A stretch of DNA of 64,000 nt from Octopus sinensis (taxonomy: Eukaryota). Of the stretch, positions 1 through 16,360 are shown piece by piece. The notes under the pieces were generated by a model. It was not told the origin of the DNA and made no database searches. It saw only the letters and a program-made list of their open reading frames with translations. The stretch spans positions 65,596,001 through 65,660,000 of the forward strand of contig NC_043007.1 of assembly GCF_006345805.1 (NCBI RefSeq). Direction: 5' to 3'. The position numbers were made by a program, and so were the translations under genes. Numbering within the stretch: position 1 is the first letter of the stretch; the number at the start of each line of letters is the position of its first letter.

Positions 1-28
1 TAACCAATATATGTATGTGTATTATATA

Positions 29-113
<85 letters not shown>

Positions 114-120
114 TATATAT

Positions 121-1430
<1,310 letters not shown>

Positions 1431-1902
1431 GTCAAATAAATAAATAAATAAATAAATGACCGTCCTGAAATGCAACAATATTTGTTTTAATACACGACTT
1501 CACATCAGGAATTTTGTAACACAAATTCATATGTGCGTGTGTGCGCGCGTGTGTATCTGCGTATGTGTGCGCGCGTGTGCATGCATGTATGTGTGTATAT
1601 ATGTGTATATGTGTGTGTGTATGTACATGTAATATATTATATATACTATATATATATATATATATAATATATATATATATATATGTTTGTGGTGTATATA
1701 TGTATGTGTATCTATTTGTGTGTGTGTATTTATATTTTAAGGCTACCATTGGTTTCATATTAAAGGGATACTTCAACAATTATCAGGCCTATCACATTGA
1801 AAGATGTGATCGTCTCCAAAATGGTAGCCTAAATATACAAATAAAAAATCTTCATTCACCATTGCGTTGTTGAGCACTCATTCTCATATTAACGTGTACG
1901 TG

Positions 1903-1961
<59 letters not shown>

Positions 1962-2429
1962 TGTTGTGTCTGCAGAGGGACAGAGAGAGAGAAGGAAAGA
2001 GAGAGAAAGAGAGAGAGAAAGATGTATAAATTTATTCGTTTGGCCTTGAAGAGTGACATGTGTAACGCTGTAATATAGCTTAAAATGACATAATCATTGT
2101 TTATATTCATTGTTATGTTTTCTGTCATGTTAAGCAATTTATCTGACTTATCTGTTGTTGAAACAGTCGTAACATAAAGATAACGGTAGCACTAATGCAT
2201 GCGTTCTTTCGCTTGTTACAAGCACACGTATATATGTAGCTGCGTCAATGTGACTATTCACATTTTCTTATACATAAAAATATTACGTTGTATGATATGG
2301 CACGCGAAATAAAAAAATAAACCAGCATACTATACTATTATTAACCTGCACTCACAGGTTAATAATATTTGCACCCACACCCACAATGAAATTCTAATAA
2401 ACACTCACGCACACACACACACCTACGCA

Positions 2430-2460
<31 letters not shown>

Positions 2461-2746
2461 CTACGCACGCACGCACACACACACATACACACACACAGAG
2501 TTTACCTTGTTTGGCTTAATTGATTTGTGTCTCGAGTTATGCTTTACCGACGATTCCAAATGAAGATGAAATAGTATTACACACGGCTACCAACGACTAA
2601 AATCTTTAAGGCCTTCATTTTGTGTAAAAAGAAAAACATTAACATTTTTGAAATTAAAGATGCATGTTTTTCAACTTAATTTAACCAAGAAGAGTTTTCT
2701 CTCCCCTTAATGGTAAATCACCATGAGAAGAAAGAGGTAGCTTATA

Positions 2747-2804
<58 letters not shown>

Positions 2805-3421
2805 TACCCGTTTCACTGAATTGGTCAAATAATGTGGACACTTCTGATGAGGAACCAATGGTTAAGGCTCTTCGTTTTTTTCAATGTAAAGAGAAACAGT
2901 TAAAGTTACCATGTTTGTATCTCCACTACGAAAGTTTGCACACACCCACAACCACGCATATACACACAACCGCACGCGCATGTATTTGTCAGTTTGATTT
3001 TTGGGCCGGGAGTGGGCTTAAATATATAGACACACATAAATACATACATGCACAGACACGCACACATACACACACACAGATATACTTTCAACTACCGTTT
3101 GTAATAAGATTAGTAAATTTTGTGCCATCTTTGATTATCACAGTAGTTGTGAAACCGGTTGTGAAAATGTAGAGAACTTAAAGGAATTTAAGTGCATTTT
3201 CATCTTGATATTTTTCTATACATTTTTTTTTGTGACAGAAGACCTCTCTCCTTTTTCCATCTCTAAAGCACATACGAAATATTTTAAACTATGTTAATCT
3301 CAGGCCTTGTATATCTTTTTCTATTATCAGTCCTCATTTAAGAGTTTTATTTCAAGATTTCATTTTTCTCAGTTCAAATTATTCAAATTCTGTCAAATGT
3401 ATAGTGGTGGCAATGTGCTTA

Positions 3422-3488
<67 letters not shown>

Positions 3489-4478
3489 TATATATATATA
3501 TATATATGTATATATGTACAACACATACTTGTATATTTGTTCATGTGTGTGTGTGTTTGCACTGTGTGTTAGGGTGATGAAAGTGAGTAGATTTCAATAT
3601 ATAGCTTCAGATTAGCTGGATTAATATCTTATTCTCTCTTGAGTTGGCATCAAACAAGATACATGTTAGGCTTACACGAGAGTCACGCGAGAATGCAACC
3701 GATTATATGCAGTGTTGATTTTCTTTTAAAAATTTAATATTAATAAATATATAATCGGTGTCTTGAGGAATAGAAAAACTAAATTTAAGTCATTTATATG
3801 TTGTTGATTTTTATAAATTTTTCATTTTTTAAAAATTTTGTTCTTAGTTACCTGTTTATTTTCTTTTTTTAATATCGTTATTGCAGTTGTCAACGTTATC
3901 ATTAATACGGAAGTCGACTTACGTTTTGTGTCGGATGAATCAGAAAAAAATGATAAATGCATAACAGGGAAAGGTTTGGAGTGAAAGCTAGTTAGCTGTG
4001 GTTGGAATGGAATTTCAACTGTCTAATTCTGTTTCAAGCGAGATTATGCTTCGATGAGGAAGTGTAATCTTTGGAATTAAATGTGATGTAACTTTAAATC
4101 ATAACAAAATGTATGGATTTAAGTCATAGAGTAAAAGAAAAAAAAAGAAAAGAAACAATAGTGGCAACAACGACGAAAACGACAACGTTAATGATGATGG
4201 TGATGATGATAATGAGGAGGAGGTGGAGGAATAGGAGGAAGTTGATGGGTGGTGGTGAGGTGGTTGTGGTGGTAAAGATAATGCGTGTGAAAGAGTATGG
4301 TTATCTGATTTTTTATGTAAGAGAAAAAATTGGTAATATGAAAGGAGAGAATTCATTGGAATGTGCTTTTTATAGGTGAATATGAGTACCATTGCTGGAA
4401 TGTGGCTGTTACAATAACTGGGATTTTTCTCAGTTCAAATTCCTTCCGTTCTCCCTTGTGTATATGTACACACACATA

Positions 4479-4562
<84 letters not shown>

Positions 4563-4749
4563 CACTCACACATACACGCATATTAGTTTTCCCAACTAGT
4601 TAGCGGGGTGGAACCTTCTTCGAAAGCCAGAACATGAAGAAGCGCATTGTGACCAGCGGTGTATAACAACATCCTATAATCTCGTCGATACCGTGATACA
4701 TACATACATACATACATACATACATACATACAACTATATATATTCTTTT

Positions 4750-4935
4750 ATTCTTTTACTTATTTCAGTCATTTGACAGCGGCCATGCTGGAGCACCGCC
4801 TTTAGTCGAACAAATCGAGCCCAGGAACTATTCTTTGTAAGCCTAGTAGATATTCTATCAGTCTCTTTTGCCGAACCACTAGGTTACGTGGACGTAAACA
4901 CACCAACATCAGTTGTCAAGCAATGGTGGGGGGAT
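4750..4935 (-). mobile_element. tRNA-derived SINE family 1 (OK-like), 3' half
   Basis: Closely matches the tail of the full copy at 27935-28345 (ggccatgctggagcaccgcctttagtcga...). Confidence 0.85.
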
Positions 4936-4964
4936 ACAAACACAGACACACAAATACATACATA

Positions 4965-5047
<83 letters not shown>

Positions 5048-5123
5048 AGTTGTATTTGGGGATGTTCATGTTGCCAGTTTAGCCAATAATATTACATTAT
5101 ATATATATATATATATATATACG

Positions 5124-5279
5124 AAAGAAGGTTTGAAAATGCAATTTAAAAGATGTTTATTTACTTAACCGGTTTCACTCTTTGGAAAAAGATTGTCAAA
5201 AGTAACATATGGAAGTTTGGAAGAGTGAAACCGGTTAAGTAAATAAACATCTTTTAAATTGCATTTTCAACCTTCTTCA
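5124..5279. repeat. ~57-bp near-perfect inverted repeat with ~37-nt spacer
   Basis: aatgcaatttaaaagatgtttatttacttaaccggtttcactctt and its reverse complement. Confidence 0.9.
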
Positions 5280-5331
5280 TATATAATTCCACTCGTGCGA
5301 TACCCCACAACTCAACTTTGTTATTATATAT

Positions 5332-5369
<38 letters not shown>

Positions 5370-5425
5370 ATCTACAACAGGCTTCTTACCACACAGCCCC
5401 TATATAGGTGTGCGTGAGTGTTTGA

Positions 5426-5483
<58 letters not shown>

Positions 5484-6371
5484 AACAGATAAAATCCAGA
5501 GATGCTCAGTATAGAAAACACTTAGCAGTATTCACACGATTTGAACTTACACTCCAAGATTTTTGCGAATTACTAAGTCTGTGGGATAAAGAGTAGATAC
5601 AAGAGGAATCCAGGTAAGCAGATATGAAGATAATGCTTCAACCCACCCCCACCAAAAAAACCAAAAACGAATTGAATTGCTTGGATTAGATATACAAAAT
5701 ATACATACATATATACATGCAAATAAAGAGAAAATAAGAAATGAAAATATTTAGACGATGAGCATTCATGTAGAAATATGTAGATATTTAGATATTAACA
5801 GAGTAGATTTACACAGAGTACAAAGACACAAAAAAATCAAGGGGAGAAGGTACGGTATTACAGGTCCGACAATTGTTTTGGGGGTCTCGGAATTATGTCA
5901 TAATGTTGGTAGCTGTAGTTCACAAAACGTCAAAGATATGCAACCAATAGTGAAAGCATATAAACATTAGTTAGATCCGGCTTCCGTCTTCAGGGTGGAG
6001 AGATAGGATACATATCCTCATAACTCTGTCCTAGATAGAACGCTTGATAAAGTACTATGCGATGTGTTTAGATACATTCCTTCACATTCTGTCTTTATAT
6101 ATATATATATATTCTCCTACTGGCGTTAATAAAATATATTTCATTGAAATTGTGGAGTTCCGTACCATCAGTTATAATCTATGGCTTTGTGTCGATGTAC
6201 AATCAATACTGTACTGCATGTTACAATTTATATTGATAAATTATTCCAGCTAACTTTTCCTGTAGAGGGATTTGTTGATTACTTCCTCATAGATTAAGTA
6301 TCTTGGCTATAGTGAGGTTTCTAGGGACAGGAAAAGTAGTATCAATCTGTATGTTGGTTGTCTGGTACGTA

Positions 6372-7410
<1,039 letters not shown>

Positions 7411-7876
7411 AGACAATTTGCTTATCTCTCTATCAGCCATCTGTTCACCCACCTAGCTGTCCATCCATCCATCCATCCATCCAACCAAATATTCATTCAC
7501 AGTTCACCAACACAACATATGACATAATCTATAATGTGTATATGGACGTCCGTGATCAAGCTGTGCAGATTGTTTACGAACATAACTGAAATTAATGAGA
7601 GCACGTGATCAGGATGCAGACGATCAACATTTTGAATTTCCGCAGTTTCTATTCCCTCCAACCGCACTATGCACTTTGAATACGATTTAGAATGTAAAAC
7701 ATTGTAAATTTGCCTTTGCATACAAAATATTGCAATAATTTGTTAAACAACAATGGACAATAATTATACATTTCAGCACACAGCATGACAATCAATAACG
7801 TCAATGTGAATGGATTTAGTCTTGCTGTGAAAGCTCTTATAGGTTGTAACTAAAATATGTATGTGTGTATGTATGC

Positions 7877-7909
<33 letters not shown>

Positions 7910-8035
7910 TGTATGTATGTATGTATGTATGTATGTATGTATGTGTGCGTATGTATTTGTATGCGTGTATATATATATATGGATGTTTGTATGATCACTG
8001 TTTTCCTAATTTTATATATATATATATATATATAT

Positions 8036-8335
8036 TGTGGAGGCTAGAGGTTAGGGCAGCGGACTCGCGGTCGAAGGATCGCGGTTTCGATTCCCAGACC
8101 GGGCGTTGTGTGTGTTTATTGAGCGAAAACACGAGGCTCCGGCAGGGGACGGTGGCGACCCCTGTTGTACTCTTTCGCCCCAACTTTCTCTCACTCTTTC
8201 TTCCTGTTTCTTGAGTAACGCTGCGATGGACTGGCGTCCCGTCCAGCTGGGGGGAACACATACGCCACAGAAACCGGGAAACCGGGCCCATGAGCCTGGC
8301 TAGACTTGAAAAGGGCGCATAAATAATATATATAA
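8036..8335 (+). mobile_element. tRNA-derived SINE with V-domain-like core
   Basis: tRNA-like head with B box (GTTTCGATTCCC), then ctgcgatggactggcgtcccgtccag...agaaaccggg resembling the V-SINE central domain, then an A-rich end. Confidence 0.7.
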
Positions 8336-8344
8336 ATATATATA

Positions 8345-8396
<52 letters not shown>

Positions 8397-9021
8397 TGCA
8401 TGCGTATATGTGTGTGCGTGTGTGTATTTCATTAAAGACACATGTATTCTAGTTGTGTCAATATTATTACAGATTTTCTATATTTTCGTTTCATTTTCTT
8501 GCATTTGGTTTTGGCCTATCAGCAATCTCATAAAACGGAATACAAAATGCACCACTCCTGATCATAAACTAGAATATAGTACCAAACACCAAAAACTAAA
8601 AGGCTTCTTATCAGTAACACACCACAAGCATGTAAAAACGAGAACAAGCTACTAATGAGCAGTGTAATCTACAAATCTAATTGTGAAATTGGAAGTTGTA
8701 AACATCAGAACTTCAGACCGGACATACTAATACAACGCTGTATCGTAGCATACAACAAAGAGTAGTCGTAATATACCAGATAAGAAAATATAGAAAAATG
8801 CTGGAGGATGATACTTGCACACTCTATAAAATCCCTAACAAAAATAGAAAGTAAATCATGGAAATTATACCCATATTGCAACATAGTACCTGTTGTGTGG
8901 ACGCCCCCAGACGATGAAGTAGGCTAGCCTAATACATAGATATAGTGGGAGAAGCCTAGACGTCAGAGTTCAGACTAGAGTGGAGTTAGAATTGAATAGT
9001 AGAGGCATCCGAACGTGCGGC

Positions 9022-9143
9022 ATAACAGTGGCGACGAGGATTTTGTAGCTCACACAGCCACTGTGTAGTATTGCGATATAACAGTGGTGACGAGGATTTC
9101 GTAGCTCACACAGCCACTGTGTAGTATTGCGATATTACAGTGC
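9022..9143. repeat. 56-bp tandem duplication
   Basis: ataacagtgg(c/t)gacgaggatt...gtagtattgcgat starts at 9022 and 9078, with a partial third start at 9134. Confidence 0.9.
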
Positions 9144-10509
9144 CAAATGAACACGCAATGATACAAGCAACAAGCAATTAACACATGTCTATTGACATTA
9201 AAAAACCTAACGGTCAAATGATTTGACCATAACAAAACACACGAATATGTTACTGCTGACGTAGAAGTTTAGAAAAATTTTAGTGGGGAAAACTCTATCA
9301 ATATATAAGAAGCAACGCAGATACCAAAATTTTTTTTTGTAATTTCTTGAAAACAAGACTGAAGTTCTGGAAATGTTAAATATTGATTTAAGAACTTCAT
9401 TGTTCCAAACTAACTCCAATAAACTGATATGAAAATATGGAAAATTTGTGATAGAAAAGATAAAACTGGAACGGCTTCGTGATTGATGAATAATCTCATT
9501 GGTACTCTGAATTTCATGCATAAAGTGTGCATACGGTTAGTCATTCAATAAATAGCGAATAAAGCTTTAGGTGAGAGATTTTCATTAGTCCTGGTGAATG
9601 ACCTGGTCGAATATGTTGTAAGCGAAGAAGCTGTATTGCTATTCTGAAAAGGAAGATAGCACCTATCATGCCTCTGGTATTGATGTGCAAGCTCGTTGAA
9701 TCCAACGACTATAAATTTGTGTCGATGAAGTTATAACTTTCAGGCATTTAAAAGCTATGATGAAAAATCTGCCTTCGGTCATATTACCTCTGACCTCCTA
9801 TTAGCTAATACATCATGATTAAACGAGCTTTGTGGAGTTGTCGCTCTCGATGAATACAGGCATGAAGTAGGCATACAACAACAGAAATGTTACCTTCGGT
9901 CTATAATACATTAGGCATTGACCAATGCGAATAACATTACCTTGTTCTTTGCTGACACAGTTTTATACACTTTGAGTAAGAATGGAGTGAATCACAAACT
10001 GTTTCTCAATAAATATAACGCTGTGGCTTATAGGCCCAGCTGTTTTCAGTTTGAAGGCTATTGGTACAAGGATGTGCTCGAAGGCTCAAAGCATTACGAA
10101 ATGAATTTTATCTCTCGTTTTCAAGATGCAACCAAGTAGAGTCAAAATCTGGAGTTGTTCGGTCGTACATAGTGTCAACGACCCTCCCAAAATTCGTATG
10201 CTTTTGTGACTATATTCCATTTTATCGTGGTGGTGTTTACTCTCTTCCAGAAACTAAATTTATTTCGCTGGAGATGCCATATTGACTTATCTCTGGATCT
10301 AAACGAATCAATGTGTTCTGCGGATCGATTTTGAACAACATTTAGTATGAAGCGGACATATATATATATATTGCGGTTTATCGCTTCTACATCTGCTCTA
10401 TATACTATTTAACAGGAATTTTCCCTTGTGCCTCTGTATTTCTATACGTATTGAACTGTTTGTCTAGTGTTTATCATGATTAGCTATTTAGAATGCATAT
10501 ATTATTTTC

Positions 10510-10857
10510 TAATCTAGGCACAAGGCGCGAAATTTTGGGAGAGGTAGCCAGTCGATTAGATCTACCCCAGTACGCAACTGGTACTTAATTTATCGACCCC
10601 GAAAGGATGAAAAGCAAAGTCGACCTCGAAAGAACTTGAACATAAAGACAGACGAAATACCCATTTCTTTACTACCCACAAGGGGCTAAACACAGAGGGA
10701 ACAAACAAGGACAGACAAACGGATTAAGTCGATTACATACAAAAGGATTAAAGGCAAAATCGACCTCGGCGGAATTTGAACTCAGAATGTAACGGCAGAC
10801 GAAATACCGCTAAGCATTTCGCCCGACGTGCTAACGATTCTGCCAGCACACGGCCTT
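10510..10857 (-). mobile_element. tRNA-derived SINE family 2 (Meta-domain-like), head-to-tail dimer
   Basis: Reverse complement of ggcagaatcgttagcacg...gttcaaattccgccgaggtcgactttgcctttcatcctttcggggtcgataaattaagtaccag; the core resembles the MetaSINE/Sauria-type domain. Confidence 0.8.
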
Positions 10858-11282
10858 AATAGAATGCGTATATTACCCATATAATTACAATTAACTGAAA
10901 TAGAATTTTCGTGTGTCTGTTATGCGATCAGTGTAAAAAAGAAGTACTAGCTACTTCTGTGGATAGATTTAAGATTGAATCAGATAATTTTCCTATTTTT
11001 ACGTTTGGTATTATTTGTTGTGGGCTGCTCTGTTCTTTACAGTTTGGTTTTGGAACCACCACTTGTTAGAACTTGTTGAATGTTTCTCTATTTGATGAGA
11101 GGTTAGATATTGATCTTTTAATGTTGTCTGTAATGTACTTTTTGACGATGAACACGTGACTAAAACTACATATTTTATATACTTGTATTGTTTCCTCGTT
11201 GGCTCTAAAGTATGCGTAGTGCCGGCTGGTTGTGTTGGATTTAGCAAATTTGTATATCATAATTTTGAAATGAATTTTTAAA

Positions 11283-11668
11283 AATAATAAATCTCTGAAC
11301 GAGGTATAAACAATAGCTGCACGAAAACGTGAAGTATATTTGCCACTTAAATGTGGCTAACCACTTAGGGTGGATGCTACTGTAGATTGTAGCCCCAGGA
11401 GAACATCTTCTCCAGCTGGCTATTGACACACTTTCTGTGCTCTATCAGTATTTGCAAAGGGAAGCCATCCTTCCCATCGTCGACCCGACGTGATACGCAC
11501 TGACCCGAGTTTCTGGGTATTTACCCGTCGTCAGCGCACGACAATCACCGGTCTTCGGATGCGACGGGGTCCCAATGCAAACACATATATCCTTTTTCCA
11601 GTGACGAAAAATCACTGATCTTGAAAAAGTGTAAACAAGCAATAATAAATCTCTGAACGAGGTATAAA
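11283..11668 (-). mobile_element. ~330-bp insertion flanked by a 28-bp direct repeat (probable retroelement 3' fragment with long TSD)
   Basis: aataataaatctctgaacgaggtataaa occurs at 11283-11310 and 11641-11668. Strand and identity of the insert are inferred. Confidence 0.55.
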
Positions 11669-13175
11669 AATTTTCCTCATATGTATTTCTCAGTTTGTTT
11701 ATATGTCGTATAAGCTTATATTGTGGGATGTTGTTATTTCACTGTCTCTATAAAAAGTCTTATGCTAGTAGATCTTGTTATTTATATTTTTCAGTCTGTA
11801 TATGTATTATTCGACTAGACTGAAAATTTCTACTCCGTGGAAACAATCAATCGATTGAAAAAGAGTTCCTTAATTATCACTAAGAAACAATGATTTCCAA
11901 GTATTCGTAATAATATTAATATCAATGATAGTTATAGTTGTATATGTTTATCCAAAATTCTACAGCTCCCAAGAGAATTCCTTTTGGGTCAAGAAACACC
12001 AACATGAAGCAGAAATAATTTACATGTCTATAAAAGTAAAAGCATTCACAGATATATCAGTTAATATAGAGAATATACTGAAGTATATTTTGTTTTGTTT
12101 TCTATATACAGGCATACCTTAACTTACGTCGATAATTGATTCCAAGATTTTCGACATTCGAAAAACGACATAACACGAAAAAACATGTTAGACACTAATA
12201 TGCTTATATGTTTTGAATAAACAGTCTATACATATTTTTACATGAATTTGATTTGATTTTTTATTTCAATATTAGCTTTTAGACGATTTATAAAATTTCT
12301 TTATGCTTTTAAATGCGTTTGCTGAGACTGACGTAAAGTTAAATAAATTTAACTTTTTTTCCCCCTTGAATTTCTTAAAAAAAGAAAGCGATATAATTCG
12401 ACTTGGACGTAACTCGAAACAACGTAAGTTGAGGTGTGTCTGTATATATATTTTATTAATACAACAGTGCAACTATATATTGCCTCTTTTAAAAATGCCC
12501 TAGTTTCTAGCTGTATGTATGCCAATATAGTTGTGTTGTTGTTTACATATTTCATGAGCATTCACTTCTGTCTTTGTGTATAGATGTCTTTCGCATATTG
12601 CATATTTTCCTTTTCCTGTTCAATTCAATAGCAGCTTTCGGTCTTTTCCCTTATGTTAACTCTATTGTCATTATAGAGATGTCATGCTTGAAGTCGTTTC
12701 CACGGTTTGAAAATAACATTAATTCCTCACCCTTCTATTATATTTCATTATACTATATTGAGCTGCTTTAATATATTACTTACTTAAGCGTTGTACTTAC
12801 CCCTGCGCCATCAACTCCTATTCTGGCCTTGACAGCAAAAAGAGATATTGCCTGAATTTATTAATTTCCTTCTGTTCATAAGTAATATAGAAGTACTATT
12901 ATTCTCTCTTCCTCTCCTTCAACCCTCCTCCCCCACCACCTCCTCGTCGTCATCGTCATCATTTCTTGAAATTTCATCATGAACTTTTGACTTTGTAATC
13001 CCGCACGGCAGACAGAATCCTTGTTTCATTCTAATACATTCTAACACATGCGTTTAAACTGTATTTAAATGCAGAATTTTCTGAGATTTTCCCCTAACAT
13101 TAATACAAAGTTTAATTCCTTCCCCAAGCACCAGTAAATAATATTTCTGGATTTAACTTTGCTAAAAATATTTTG

Positions 13176-13710
13176 GCGGAGCGCTGGTAGAACTGTTAAC
13201 ACACCGGGCGAAATGCTTAGCGGTATTTCGTCTCCCGTTACGTTCTGAGTTCAAATTCCGCCGAGGTTGACTTTGCCTTTCATCCTTTCGGGTTCGATAA
13301 ATTAAGTACCAGTTACGCACTGGGGTCGATGTAATTGACTTAATACCTATGTCTGTCCTTGTTTGTCCCCTCTGTGTTTAGCCCCTTGTGGGTAATAAAG
13401 AAATAGGTATTTCGTCTCCCGTTACGTTCTGAGTTCAAATTCCGCCGAGGTTGACTTTGCCTTTCATCCTTTCGGGGTCAATAAATTAAGTACCAGCTAC
13501 GCACTGGGGTCGATGTAATCAACTTAATCCGTTTGTCTGTCCTTGTTTGTCCCCTCTATGTTTAGCCCCTTGTGGGCAATAAAGAAATAGGTTTTTCCTC
13601 CGTCCTTACGTTCTGAATTCAAATTCCATCGATGCTGAATTTGTCATTCATCCTTTCAGGGTCGATAAAATATGTATCAGTCGAGCACTGGGGTCGATGT
13701 ACAAGTATAA
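13176..13710 (+). mobile_element. SINE family 2 head-to-tail trimer (184-bp period)
   Basis: Units restart at ggt(a/t)tttc at 13222, 13406 and 13590, each after the tail taaagaaata. Confidence 0.85.
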
Positions 13711-14114
13711 AAACTGCCTCCCTCTACCAAGCCATGTCAAGCCAGTGTGACAGAGTACACTCATCGAAAATTAATATGATCTCAAGCTCAAAATTCATGG
13801 CCTCCACATCAGACCGTGGTTGGTAGAAAGAACATGCTAAAGCCTTCGTCCTGCAGTGGACTGAACATAGGCAATCCAATCCAATCCAATCCAATCCAAT
13901 CTCAAAACATTTGTAATGTCTCTCTCCAAATATGATAAATATTCCTGGAAAATTTTCTCTTCCTCTACCCTGTGTTTCTTTTTTTCCATTGTCAACAATT
14001 ATATTATATATTATATATTTTAGGAAATTCTTTTATATGCTCTGATGACTTTGTTGAAAGAAACATATTTGTAAATCTCTAAGCATAATGTTTTATAAAT
14101 ATCCTTTATTTATC

Positions 14115-14214
14115 NNNNNNNNNNNNNNNNNNNNNNNNNNNNNNNNNNNNNNNNNNNNNNNNNNNNNNNNNNNNNNNNNNNNNNNNNNNNNNNNNNNNNN
14201 NNNNNNNNNNNNNN
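14115..14214. other. Assembly gap (100 N)
   Basis: Run of N. Confidence 1.
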
Positions 14215-14334
14215 AGCGGACTGGTTTGCGTGTTCTTCATGTGGCACGTTTTCCGCAACTCATCCCCTCGATCGAGCTGCAGGCATGGGTCGAGCGTTCG
14301 GCATCTAGAAAGTAGCTATTGTACCAGCTTTAGT

Positions 14335-14664
14335 TTGGCTTTCAGTTGTTTTACAGCTTTTGATGTTTCTTCTTTTCCTTCATAGTTGTTAGGTACTATG
14401 ACTTCTTTTTTGCTTTGGTCAGCTCTTAAAGACTGAAAACAAATTTTTGCTTTGGTCGTATTTTGTGGCTATTTGCATAAGTTTTTCTTGCTTCTGAAGT
14501 AGGTATTTCAGTAGTCCTATGGTGTATAAGGCCTCTACTATCTTCGATACGTTGTATATATAAACCTTCTATGTCAGATTTTGGGTGATGCATCCTAAAT
14601 CCTGTCATTATTTTTCTTGTTTTCTTGTCTACTTTGATTAGTTCATTTAGAATCCCGTTAAGGA

Positions 14665-14668
<4 letters not shown>
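14335..14668 (-). mobile_element. R4/Dong-like LINE internal fragment (family B)
   Basis: ORF 14426..14767-: KVDKKTRKIMTGFRMHHPKSDIEGLYIQRIEDSRGLI, homologous to 40938+; 5' end abuts (TAA)n. Confidence 0.85.
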
Positions 14669-14734
<66 letters not shown>

Positions 14735-14736
<2 letters not shown>

Positions 14737-14970
14737 CACATTTCCCAAACTGATTGCATGTCGGCATATTTTGATCAGGCGCAGGTCATACATAATGACC
14801 AAGGGTCCTGTCAACTTTTTCATTCCAATTGCATAGACATAACTTTTCTCAAAATTCCTTGCTGTTTCAAGTAGTGCTGTCCAAGCTTGCCAAGCCAGTC
14901 CCGAAATTGGTTTGTCACGGTTCCAAATGCCCCATACCACAACAGTTATAACCTCCACTTTTCTCAGTTC
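14735..14970 (-). mobile_element. R4/Dong-like LINE 3'-terminal fragment (other family)
   Basis: Decayed C-terminus (VITVVVWG...TALLETAR) plus 3' UTR between two (TAA)n tracts. Confidence 0.6.
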
Positions 14971-14988
14971 CCATTATTATTATTATTA

Positions 14989-15073
<85 letters not shown>

Positions 15074-15076
<3 letters not shown>

Positions 15077-16309
15077 TAGTTTTATTTTTATAGCGTGCTT
15101 TCACTTCACTACCGAGCGCAGCTCTGTGTGCCTTGGGTATGTGCTGTGATTTGTTGTGATGCTCTGATGGTTATTGTATGGAAAGTGTTCTGCGTAGGAT
15201 GTGTGCAGTGCCTAGTAGTGCAATTTTCTGTATGTTATGTGTTTTGTAAGTCCTGGTGTTTTTGTTATTATTTGTCTGAATATTTTTTTATCATGCCTAA
15301 TGCACCTACTATGATAGGAATTGTTTCTGTTTTCAGGTTCCACACTCTAGTTACCTCTATTTCCAGGTCTTTGTATTTTGAGAGTTTCTCCATTTCTTTT
15401 AGAGACACGTTGTCATCTGCCGGTATTGATACATCAAGTAGGAAGCATTTTTTTTCTTCATGATCTCTGACAACTATATCTGGTCTGTTGGCCTTAATTT
15501 CTCTATCTGTGTGTATCGGCATATCCCAGAGTATGGTTGCTTTCTCGTTTTCTGTGACCTTTTCTGGTGTGTGCCTATACCATCTTTTTTCTGTTGTTAT
15601 TCCATAATGTTGGCATAGCTTCCAATGTATGTAGGTTCCAACTCTGTCATGTCTGTGAATATATTCCTTCTTAGCCAGGACTGGACAGCTAGAGATAATA
15701 TGATTTATTGTCTTGTCCATCTCCACATATTCTGCAGTTACTTGTTATATTCTTTTCATTACATGTTTTTGGTAATTTCTGGTGGGGAGGCTTTGGTCTT
15801 GTGCTGCAATTAAAAATCCCTCTGTTTCTGCTTGAGTCCTGAGCTTCTCAACCATTGCTGGGATTTTTCTTTGTCTATCTTTTGCGTTTAGTTTAGTGCA
15901 GTATTACCATGAAGGGGCTTTTCTTGCCATCGTTTTATCATGGCTCGTTGCTGTTCTATTTTTAGTTTGGATTTCATTTGTTTTATAGCTTTTGTTGTTT
16001 CTTCATCATCTTCTTCTTCTTCTGTGTTTATTAGGTGGTATGATTTCTGTTTGTATTTGTCAGCTTCCTTAAATACTGAGAATAGTTTTTTGTTTTGCTC
16101 GTGTTTTGCTGCTATCTGGATCAGTTTTCCTTCCTTCTGAAGTAGGTATTTTTGCAGTCCTATGGTGGTTATTTTATAGTAGTTTTCCAGCTGTATAAGG
16201 CCTCTACCACCTTCTATACGTTGTATATATAGTCTTTCCATGTCAGATTTTGGGTGATGCATCTTAGATCCTGTCAGTATTTTTCTTGTTTTCCTATCTA
16301 TTTTGGACA
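15074..16309 (-). mobile_element. 5'-truncated R4/Dong-like LINE (family B): RT thumb, CCHC, RLE endonuclease, 3' UTR
   Basis: MHHPKSD...GGRGL; HIISSC...RHDRVG; NRPDIV...LLDVSIPAD...EKLSKYKDL; GALG. Same 3' UTR as 42040-42137. (TAA)n on both sides. Confidence 0.95.

Positions 16310-16359
<50 letters not shown>

Positions 16360-16360
<1 letters not shown>

Noticed and set aside
2840-2880. CTGATGAG hammerhead candidate
   Set aside because: No GAAA core strand follows.
14036-14090. CTGATGA...GAAAC hammerhead candidate
   Set aside because: Stem II is marginal, and no stem III/UH site lies adjacent to a stem I partner.
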